In this document: piece by piece, positions 18,651 to 26,083 of the stretch
Layout of the letters: each line of letters starts with the position of its first letter
Numbering within the stretch: position 1 is the first letter of the stretch
From: an uncultured bacterium
GTDB lineage: Bacteria > Planctomycetota > UBA1135 > GCA-002686595
Reading direction: 5' to 3'
NCBI GenBank assembly: GCA_943787795.1
Contig: CALSNU010000003.1
Coordinates: 32,001-96,000, forward strand
DNA: 64,000 bases
Program-made: the position numbers and the translations under genes
Notes under the pieces: generated by a model
Seen by the model: only the letters and a program-made list of their open reading frames with translations
What the model was told of the DNA's origin: nothing
The model's database searches: none

Positions 18651-20168
18651 ATGCCCCGAGCACTCCTTCGTCTCGCGATCGTCGGGCTCCTCTCGCTGGC
18701 CCTGGTGGACCGCGCGGCGGCCACCTGGTCCATTGTCGCCCTCAACCGGGCCACGGGAGAGGTCGGGGTGCTCGTCTCGACCTGCATCAGCAACTTCGAC
18801 GCCGGGCAGCGGCTGCCGGTGATCCGGGTGGGGGTCGCGGCCGGCGTGACCCAGGGCTTCTGGCAGAGCAACGCGGTGAATCGGCGTCGCATCTACAGGA
18901 ACTCGCAGCGGGGGGCCACGGGGCAGCAGCTCCTCGACCTCATCGAGGTGCTCGACGGTGGCTTCGAGAACCGGACCATCGGGATCGTCGCCTTCGCCGG
19001 ACCGCCGGCCTCCCACACGGGGAGCAACGGCGGCCCCTACCTCGGCAAGCGCGTCGGGGTGATTGGCGACTTTGAGTATGCGATCCAGGGCGGAGGTCTC
19101 AGCGGCGCCAACGTGCTCGATGTCTGCGAGGCGGTCTTCATCAGCACGGCTGGAGATCTGGGCCAGCGTATGCTCGCCGCCATGGAGGCGTCGAGGGATG
19201 CGGGCGGCGACGGCCGGTGCTCCTGCGATACGGTGCAGCCCACCAGCTGTGGCTCGCCTCCGCCGAGCTTCACGCACGCGTCGTACTGCGCGTTCATGGC
19301 GGTCGCTCGCCCGGGCGACACCGACGCTCCCTGTCTCGGGTCCACCGGGTGTGTGGCGGGGGACTACTACCTGCGCTTCAACTACTCGGGGACCCCGAGC
19401 TCCCAGGAGCCGATGGCTCGGCTACGCGCCGAGTACGACGCCTGGCGAGCGGGTCAGGTGACGCGGCCAGACCACGTGCTGAGCGAGGTGAGCTCCTCGG
19501 TCCCGCGCCTCCAGGCGGATGGGCAGACGTCGAGCCGGGTGGAGCTCCGCCTCCGTGACATCGACGGGACCCCCCTCGCCATGGGGGGGCAGTCGGTGAC
19601 GGTGACCCGGGCCTCCGGACCGAACGTGGCCCAGGCGGCCAACGTGGTGGACCACGGCGATGGGACCCACAGCTTCGACCTCGTGGCCACCCTGAACGAG
19701 GGGATCGGGACCTACCACGTCACCGTGGACGATGGGGTCCGGCCGGTGCAGCTCTACCCTGCGCTCACCGTGGAGTCAGCGGCGCCGGCGGAGCTGCACA
19801 TCGGCGAGGCGATCCTCTCTGCCAGCGCCGGGACGCCGCTGCCGCTGGTCCTCAACCGCGGCGCGTCCGACAGCGGGGCCTCCTACCGTGTGCTCGCGTC
19901 GCTCTCCGGCACGCAGCCCGGGACGGCCTTGGGGGGCGTCCACGTCGCGCTCAACCGCGACCGACTGTTCAACTTCACGGCGGGGTGGTCGGGCGGGGAC
20001 CCGTTCATCGGGAACGCCGGGGTGCTCGACGCGGACGGTCGCGCCGCGGCGCGTCTTGACCTCGCAGCGGGGGTCCTGGTGCCGTTCGTGGGGTCCACCA
20101 TGGCCTTCAGCGCGGTGATCGGCGGCCAGTCCGCGACCCCCGTGGCGTCGATCTTGATCCGCCCATAG
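18651..20168 (+). CDS. Secreted DUF1028 Ntn-hydrolase plus Ig domains (copy 2, tandem paralogue)
   Basis: Same length (505 aa) and colinear with copy 1; AAA|TWSIV. Confidence 0.85.
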   Translation: MPRALLRLAIVGLLSLALVDRAAATWSIVALNRATGEVGVLVSTCISNFDAGQRLPVIRVGVAAGVTQGFWQSNAVNRRRIYRNSQRGATGQQLLDLIEVLDGGFENRTIGIVAFAGPPASHTGSNGGPYLGKRVGVIGDFEYAIQGGGLSGANVLDVCEAVFISTAGDLGQRMLAAMEASRDAGGDGRCSCDTVQPTSCGSPPPSFTHASYCAFMAVARPGDTDAPCLGSTGCVAGDYYLRFNYSGTPSSQEPMARLRAEYDAWRAGQVTRPDHVLSEVSSSVPRLQADGQTSSRVELRLRDIDGTPLAMGGQSVTVTRASGPNVAQAANVVDHGDGTHSFDLVATLNEGIGTYHVTVDDGVRPVQLYPALTVESAAPAELHIGEAILSASAGTPLPLVLNRGASDSGASYRVLASLSGTQPGTALGGVHVALNRDRLFNFTAGWSGGDPFIGNAGVLDADGRAAARLDLAAGVLVPFVGSTMAFSAVIGGQSATPVASILIRP

Positions 20169-20249
20169 CTCGGCTCGGAGGACCGTGAGGCCGGAGGCGA
20201 CGCCGCGCCGAGCCCGCCTGCGGGCCCCGCCTCCGGTTGGTGAGCGCCC

Positions 20250-20446
20250 CAGCCGCGTTCAGCACGCAGCCGCAATCAGCACGCAGCCGCAATCAGCACG
20301 CAGCCGCAATCAGCACGCAGCCGCGTTCAGCACGCAGCCACGTTCAGCACGCAGCCGCGTTCAGCACGCAGCCGCGTTCAGCACGCAGTCGGGTTCAGCA
20401 CGCAGTCGGGTTCAGCACGCAGTCGGGTTCAGCATGCAGTCGGGCT
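20250..20446. repeat. 17-bp tandem array, about 11.5 units (CAGCCGCGTTCAGCACG and variants)
   Basis: Exact 17-bp phasing from 20250; variants occur in contiguous blocks; no spacers. Confidence 0.95.
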
Positions 20447-20498
20447 CCGGACGCAGCCGAGGTCTGAGCGCAGCGGAGCGGGCATCGCCTGGCGAGCC

Positions 20499-21518
20499 CT
20501 AGATGTGGTGCACCGGGCCGGTGCCCGCCGCGGCCGCGAGGAGCGTACGCCGCACATAGACGGGCACCATCTCCCGGCGGTACGCCGCGTCGCCGGGGAT
20601 GTTGTCCATGGGCTTGGCTTGCTTGTAGGCGAGGTCCCCGACAGCGGCGGCGGCGTGCTCGAAGCCCGGGGTCCCGACCTTCTGGCCGACCAGCGCGTCA
20701 GCGGTCCCCTTGATCCGCAGCGGCCGGGCCACGAGCGCGATGCACACGACGTCGGCGTCGGTGACGAGGTCACCCTCCACATCGAGGCGAATGGCGCAGC
20801 CGAACAGCGGGTAGTCGATGGAGCCGCGATCGCGCAGCTTGCCGTAGGCCCCGCGGTGCCCAGGCGCCTGGGCGGGGACGTTGATGTGGGTCAGCAGCGC
20901 GCCGCGACCCACGCCCTTGTTCCAGATCCCATCGGCCTTCCAGAGGTCGTCGATCTTCAGGGTCTGCGCCCCGCCTTCACCGGTGAACTCAAGGTGCGCC
21001 CCCAGAGACATCAGGGTCGGGGCCGTATCGTTGGACGCAGCGGCCACGCACTTGCGCCCGCCCGCGACGACGTGGCAGACGGTGCCGTCCTTCTTGAGGC
21101 AGTACCCCAGCGACTTCCGCCAGAAGTGGGTCTGGTTGTACCACTGGCAGCGCGTGTCGAGCATGACGTTGCCGCCCGCGGTGCCCATGGTCCGTAGCTG
21201 CGGACCGGCGATCAGCGAGGCTGCCTGGGCGAGCGCAGGCGCCCTGGCCACGACCGCCTCGCTGGCGGCCATGTCGGCGAGCGTGGTCATGGCGCCGATC
21301 CGCAGGCCCCCCTCGGGGGTCTCGGTCACGCCCTTCAGGTCGGCGACCTGGGCGAGGCTCACGACGACCTCGGGCTCGAACAACCCGTGCTTCATGTTCG
21401 GCAGCAGGTCGGTCCCGCCGGCCACGACCATGGCCCTCTCGCCGTGCTCCTCGAGGAGTGCGGTGACGCCGGCGATCTCGGTGGGCTCCTCGAGCCTGAA
21501 CTTGGGGAGACGCAGCAT
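20499..21518 (-). CDS. hcrB: Xanthine-oxidase-family FAD subunit with [4Fe-4S] insertion (4-hydroxybenzoyl-CoA reductase beta-like)
   Basis: AGGTDLLPNMK, QLRTMGTAGGN, TRCQWYNQTHFWRKSLGYCLKKDGTVCHVVAGGRKC (4 Cys), KLRDRGSIDYP. Confidence 0.8.
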   Translation of the reverse strand: MLRLPKFRLEEPTEIAGVTALLEEHGERAMVVAGGTDLLPNMKHGLFEPEVVVSLAQVADLKGVTETPEGGLRIGAMTTLADMAASEAVVARAPALAQAASLIAGPQLRTMGTAGGNVMLDTRCQWYNQTHFWRKSLGYCLKKDGTVCHVVAGGRKCVAAASNDTAPTLMSLGAHLEFTGEGGAQTLKIDDLWKADGIWNKGVGRGALLTHINVPAQAPGHRGAYGKLRDRGSIDYPLFGCAIRLDVEGDLVTDADVVCIALVARPLRIKGTADALVGQKVGTPGFEHAAAAVGDLAYKQAKPMDNIPGDAAYRREMVPVYVRRTLLAAAAGTGPVHHI

Positions 21519-23896
21519 CAGCCCAGCCCTCCCTGGGATTCCATGGCGGTGGCCGCACCGCCGCCGGCCTCGCGCTCGCGCTCGCGCTTCTCGCGCAGGG
21601 CAGCGAGGACCTTGGCCGGGGTGAAGGGGAGCTCCCTCAGGCGGATGCCGACGGCGTCGTGGATGGCGTTGGCGAGGGCGGGGATCGCCGAGTGCAGCGG
21701 GCCCTCGCCGGCCTCCTTGGCGCCGTAGGGTCCCTCGGGGTCGATGCTCTCCACGATGAAGGTCTCGATGTCCGGGGTGTCGATGGCCGTGGGGAGGCGA
21801 TAGTCGAGCAGCGACGGTCCGCTGTGGAGACCGAAGCGGTTCACCTTGTGCTCCTCGAGGAGCGCCTCGGCGATCCCCATGTAGACCGAGCCCTCGATCT
21901 GCCCGGCCACGAGCCGCGGGTTGAGGGCGCGCCCGCAGTCGTGGGCGCACCAGACCTTGGGGACGGTGATCCGCCCCGTCTCCTCGTCCACGTCCACCTC
22001 GACCACGTGGGCCGTGAAGGAGTAGGCGGGCGAGGCGCCGATGCTACCGCCGCGGTAGTCGCCGCCGAGGGTGGGGGTGTTGTAAGAGCCGGTGGAGCCG
22101 AGGGTGTCGAAGCGCGCCTCGGCGAGCTCGAAGGCCTCGCGGGTCGTGAGCACCTGCTCGGGGTCCTCGAGGTCGATCGCGCGACCCTCGATGAGGCGCA
22201 CTCGGCGCTCCTCGACCTCCCACTTCTCGGCCACTGCCGTGACGATCTTGGCGCGCAGCTTGCGTGCCGCGTCGATGGTGGCGTTACCGACCATGAAGGT
22301 GACGCGGCTCGAGTACGCGCCGAGGTCCACGGGGCACAGGTCGGAGTCCGCCGCGATCACGCGCACGTCCTCGTGGTCCATGCCGAGCTCCTCTGCGACG
22401 ATGTATCGGACGACCGAGCTCGAGCCCTGTCCGATGTCGTTCGCGCCGCTGAAGACCGTCACCAGCCCGGACCGGTCGACCTTGAGCTGGATGCCCGCCT
22501 GGGGCATCTCGTTGGGATAGATCGGGTAGTTCGTGCCGGAGATGTACATGGAGCCGGCGACGCCCAGGCCGCGGCCCCGGGGCAGCTTGCCCCGTCGCTC
22601 GGTCCAGTCGGAGCCGCGCTCGACCTTATCGAGGCACTCCATGAAGCCGCTCGATGTGATGCGTTGACCGTTGACGGTCTTGGTGTGCTCACCGTGGAAG
22701 TTCTTGCGGCGGATCTCGATCGGGTCGAGGCCCAGCTGCTCCGCCACCTCGTCCAGCTGGCACTCGAAGGCGAACCGCGGCTGGACCGAGCCGTGCCCGC
22801 GCTTCGGTCCGCAGGGGGGCTTGTTCGTGAAGACGCGGGTCGAGTCGAACCGGTAGGCCGGGAAGTCGTAGGGACCCGAGAGGAGCTGACCCGAGTAGTA
22901 GGTCGTGACCAGGCCGAAGGAGCTGTACGACCCGCCGTCGATGAGGATCCGGGCGTCGACGCTGGTGATCTTGCCGTCCTTGGTGGCGCTCGTGGTGTAG
23001 TCGAGCTCCATGGGGTGGCGCCCGCGGTGGGCGTAGAAGACCTCCTCGCGGGTCCAGAGCATCTTGACCGGCCGGCCCGTGAGCTGCGCGAGCTTGGCGA
23101 CGCAGAATTCCAGGCTGAAGGGGTCGGACTTGCCGCCGAAGGCGCCGCCGAGGCAGGGCTGGATGACGCGGATGCGCTGGGGCTCCCACTCGAGGACGCG
23201 CGCCAGGGCGCGGTGCACGTAGTGGGAGATCTGGGTCGAGGACCAGAGGGTCAGGACCCCGTCTGCCGCCACCCGGGCGACGGCGCAGTGGGGCTCGATG
23301 GCGGCGTGCGTGGAGCCGTGGAAGCGGTAGGACCCCTCGACGACCAGGTCCGCGCTTTCCTGCGCGCCGTCCACGTCGCCAAAGTCCAGCTCCACGTGCT
23401 TGGAGACGTTGTTCTCCTTGCGGCTGGCGTGGATCTGCGGCGCGTCCCGCTCGAGGGACTCGCGGGGGTCGAGGAAGGCGTGGAGCTCCTCGTACTCGAC
23501 GTCAATCAGCTCGAGGGCTGCGTTGGCGGTGTCCTCGTCCACGGCGGCCACCGCGGCGACCTCGTCGCCGATGAAGCGGACCTTCTCGGTGGCGAGGGCG
23601 GTCTCGTCGGGCGTCCACGGGATGACGCCGTACTGGATGGAGAGGTCCGCGCCGGTGATCACCGCGTGGACGCCCGGGAGCGCGAGGGCCCGCGAGGTGT
23701 CAATGGAGAGGATCCTCGCGTGGGCGTGGGGGCTCCGCAGCGTCTTCGCGTGGAGCATGCCAGGAAGCAGGATGTCGTCGGCGTAGACCGCCTCGCCGGT
23801 GGCCTTGGAGACGCCGTCAATCTTGCGGTGGCTCTTGCCGACGATCCGGAACTCTTCCCAGGGCGCCTCGACGCCGTGAATGTCGCGTGCGGCCAT
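21518..23896 (-). CDS. hcrA: Molybdopterin-binding large subunit (4-hydroxybenzoyl-CoA reductase alpha-like)
   Basis: LRSPHAHARI, GGAFGGK, RGHG, DIGQGS, DLGAYSSRVT, GQIEG, GPYGAKEAGEG; start ATG 23896. Confidence 0.8.
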   Translation of the reverse strand: MAARDIHGVEAPWEEFRIVGKSHRKIDGVSKATGEAVYADDILLPGMLHAKTLRSPHAHARILSIDTSRALALPGVHAVITGADLSIQYGVIPWTPDETALATEKVRFIGDEVAAVAAVDEDTANAALELIDVEYEELHAFLDPRESLERDAPQIHASRKENNVSKHVELDFGDVDGAQESADLVVEGSYRFHGSTHAAIEPHCAVARVAADGVLTLWSSTQISHYVHRALARVLEWEPQRIRVIQPCLGGAFGGKSDPFSLEFCVAKLAQLTGRPVKMLWTREEVFYAHRGRHPMELDYTTSATKDGKITSVDARILIDGGSYSSFGLVTTYYSGQLLSGPYDFPAYRFDSTRVFTNKPPCGPKRGHGSVQPRFAFECQLDEVAEQLGLDPIEIRRKNFHGEHTKTVNGQRITSSGFMECLDKVERGSDWTERRGKLPRGRGLGVAGSMYISGTNYPIYPNEMPQAGIQLKVDRSGLVTVFSGANDIGQGSSSVVRYIVAEELGMDHEDVRVIAADSDLCPVDLGAYSSRVTFMVGNATIDAARKLRAKIVTAVAEKWEVEERRVRLIEGRAIDLEDPEQVLTTREAFELAEARFDTLGSTGSYNTPTLGGDYRGGSIGASPAYSFTAHVVEVDVDEETGRITVPKVWCAHDCGRALNPRLVAGQIEGSVYMGIAEALLEEHKVNRFGLHSGPSLLDYRLPTAIDTPDIETFIVESIDPEGPYGAKEAGEGPLHSAIPALANAIHDAVGIRLRELPFTPAKVLAALREKREREREAGGGAATAMESQGGLG

Positions 23897-24462
23897 CAAA
23901 GAGTCTCCTCGCGCAGGTGTTCGCGGTCCTCGACCCAGCTGGGCCGGGGCGCGTCCGCGCCGAACGACTCGGCGACGGCGGTCTCCACGGCCTCGATGAT
24001 CTGGGTGTACCCGGTGCAGCGGCAGAGGTTGCCGGACAGGGCCTTCTGAATCTCCTCGCGGCTGGGGTTCGGCGTCCGGTCCAAGAGGGCGCGAGCCGAG
24101 AGCATCATGCCCGGCTGGCAGAAGCCGCACTGGAGGGCGCCGCAGCGGTCGAAGGCGTCCTGGACCGGATCGATCCCGCCGGTCGCCGTTCCCTCCAACG
24201 CCTCGCTGCGCTTGAGGTGGGCGGGCCTGAGGCCCTCGATGGTCTGCACCGAGCACCCCTGGGCCTCCGCGCTGAGGGTCAGGCAGGAGAGCACCGGCTT
24301 GCCGTCCACGAGGACCGTGCAGGCGCCGCAGTCCCCCTTGTCACAGCCTTGCTTGGAGCCTGTCAGCCCCAGCCGGTAGCGAAGAACCTCGAGCAGGGTC
24401 CAGTGGTCTGGCGCCGCAGTCTCCTGCTGGTCGCCGTTGACATCTAGGGTCAGCACGCGCAT
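23896..24462 (-). CDS. hcrC: 2x[2Fe-2S] small subunit (HcrC/CoxS-like)
   Basis: GCDKGDCGACTV..SCL, QCGFCQPG, NLCRCTGY; start ATG 24462. Confidence 0.85.
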   Translation of the reverse strand: MRVLTLDVNGDQQETAAPDHWTLLEVLRYRLGLTGSKQGCDKGDCGACTVLVDGKPVLSCLTLSAEAQGCSVQTIEGLRPAHLKRSEALEGTATGGIDPVQDAFDRCGALQCGFCQPGMMLSARALLDRTPNPSREEIQKALSGNLCRCTGYTQIIEAVETAVAESFGADAPRPSWVEDREHLREETL

Positions 24463-24628
24463 GGCGCATATTGTCCGGATCCTGCGCCGGGAGGCACACC
24501 CAAATCCGAGGCTCGGTGGAGGGACGTGCAGCCACCCCCCCAAAATTGCCGCCTCCCCCGGATCCACGCGGGGAACCGGGGGAGGCGATGGTGACGGCTG
24601 GCCGACTCCGGTCACAGGCGGGGGCTCG

Positions 24629-25612
24629 TCAGGGGCGGTAGTCCCGGCCCTTCTGGAGGGCGCGGACGATCTCGTCCCGGCCAGCGAGGCCGAGGTGGTG
24701 ATCGAAGGCTCGCTCTTCGGCCTCGTAGCGGGGGCGGGTATCGTCCGGCTGGTGGTGCCCCAGGTCAGCGATGATCAGGCCGAGGGCGGACTCGTGGTAG
24801 CGGAAGAGGAAGGCGATGATCGCCATGGCCTCGGGCTGCATCACCGCGTCGGCGTCCATCCCGCCGTTGAGCTGGAAGAGGTCGAGCTTCCAATCCTCCG
24901 CCGAGGCCCTCTTCGAGACCTCTTGCTGGATCGAACGGAGGGTCCGGAGCTTACCGTCGACGAGCGCGCGGCTGGATGACCGCTCGGACACCAGGCTCGC
25001 GATGCCGTCGGTCATCCACCGGGAGAGGTAGGGCTGCTCGGCCCTCATGATCTCCGAGGCGATGCACTCCACGAGCCGGGCGTCCACCTCGCGCCGCGCG
25101 GTGGCGTCTCCGTCCTCGACGTACCCGTCGAAGTTCTGGTCCACGTCGAGGGCACGGGCGCCCTTCATGGCCGTGCCGAGGTCCGTCTTGCTGGTGGCCC
25201 GCAGGATCACGATGGGCTCCGAGCCGGGGCTCATGAATGGGGCCAGGGAGCGGACGGTCCGCTCCACGAGGGCCGCGCTGGTGGAGAAACGCTGGAACCG
25301 ATCCTGGTCGGAGAGGAGCACCACCCGCTGATCCTGGTCCACGTCGATCCGATAGCCGCGGCGGGTTGCGAAGTCGTGCCAGCGGCCGATCGCGACGCGG
25401 GTGGCGGCGCCCAGGGCCTCGCGGCGGCGCTCGTCATGGTTGATCAGCTTGCCGTCCCATCGGACCTCGGCCGGCGCGACCTCCTTGGGATGAGCCTGGT
25501 CTGTCGTGGCGTTCGCCGCGGCCTGTGCGCGGTTGAGGTCATCCCCGAGCTGCTGGAGCAGCGTGGCGGACAGGAAGAGTAGGCCGGTGAGGAGGATCGC
25601 CCGTGTGAACAT
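24629..25612 (-). CDS. Secreted hypothetical protein; possible degenerate peptidase-MA/zincin-like domain
   Basis: Signal/TM at the N-terminus; RLVECIAS...YLSRWMTDGIAS resembles HExxH...PxWxxEGxA without the His ligands. Confidence 0.65.
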   Translation of the reverse strand: MFTRAILLTGLLFLSATLLQQLGDDLNRAQAAANATTDQAHPKEVAPAEVRWDGKLINHDERRREALGAATRVAIGRWHDFATRRGYRIDVDQDQRVVLLSDQDRFQRFSTSAALVERTVRSLAPFMSPGSEPIVILRATSKTDLGTAMKGARALDVDQNFDGYVEDGDATARREVDARLVECIASEIMRAEQPYLSRWMTDGIASLVSERSSSRALVDGKLRTLRSIQQEVSKRASAEDWKLDLFQLNGGMDADAVMQPEAMAIIAFLFRYHESALGLIIADLGHHQPDDTRPRYEAEERAFDHHLGLAGRDEIVRALQKGRDYRP

Positions 25613-25843
25613 GCGTCTGAAGAGGTTGCTGGCCCGTGGACGGGTCCTGGCCGTGTGTGGAGTCGGGCACCTGCCCAGGAATTGGCGCCTGCGCGACCGC
25701 GCTGTTCCGCTATCGGAGCCGCGGGCGGCCGGGCTGGAGCCTGCCACGGGGACTCACCGGGGCCTGGTCCTTGTGGCCGTCCCAACCTCTCGGAACGGGA
25801 CACCGGGGACGCGGGGCGCCAACCTGCGATGCGACGCGGCGCT

Positions 25844-25873
25844 CCGCGACGTCGCGGCGCCGCGACGTCGCGG
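25844..25873. repeat. Perfect 30-bp palindrome made of two 14-bp palindromes
   Basis: CCGCGACGTCGCGG-CG-CCGCGACGTCGCGG. Confidence 0.9.
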
Positions 25874-26083
25874 GGGCGACTCCGGGAGGACCCCATGGCT
25901 TGGCCCGAAGGCGCCATCCGCCTGGCTCGGCGCGCGCCTGATCCCGGGGCGAGAGCCTGTGCTCTGGGCCCTCCCCGGCCTTCGATCTCCGGCCTCTCTC
26001 GCGCGCGCCTGCCCAGGCTCAGGCCCAGGCCCAGGGCCCAGGCTCAAGGCACATGCGTCAGCCTAAGGGCCTCAGCCCCGGCC

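Noticed and set aside
20250..20446. Possible mini-CRISPR
   Set aside because: 17-bp period; the variable part is about 6 nt and itself repeated.
20499..24462. Aerobic CO dehydrogenase (coxMSL)
   Set aside because: No AYXCSFR motif; it has RGHG and a 4Fe-4S insertion in the FAD subunit.
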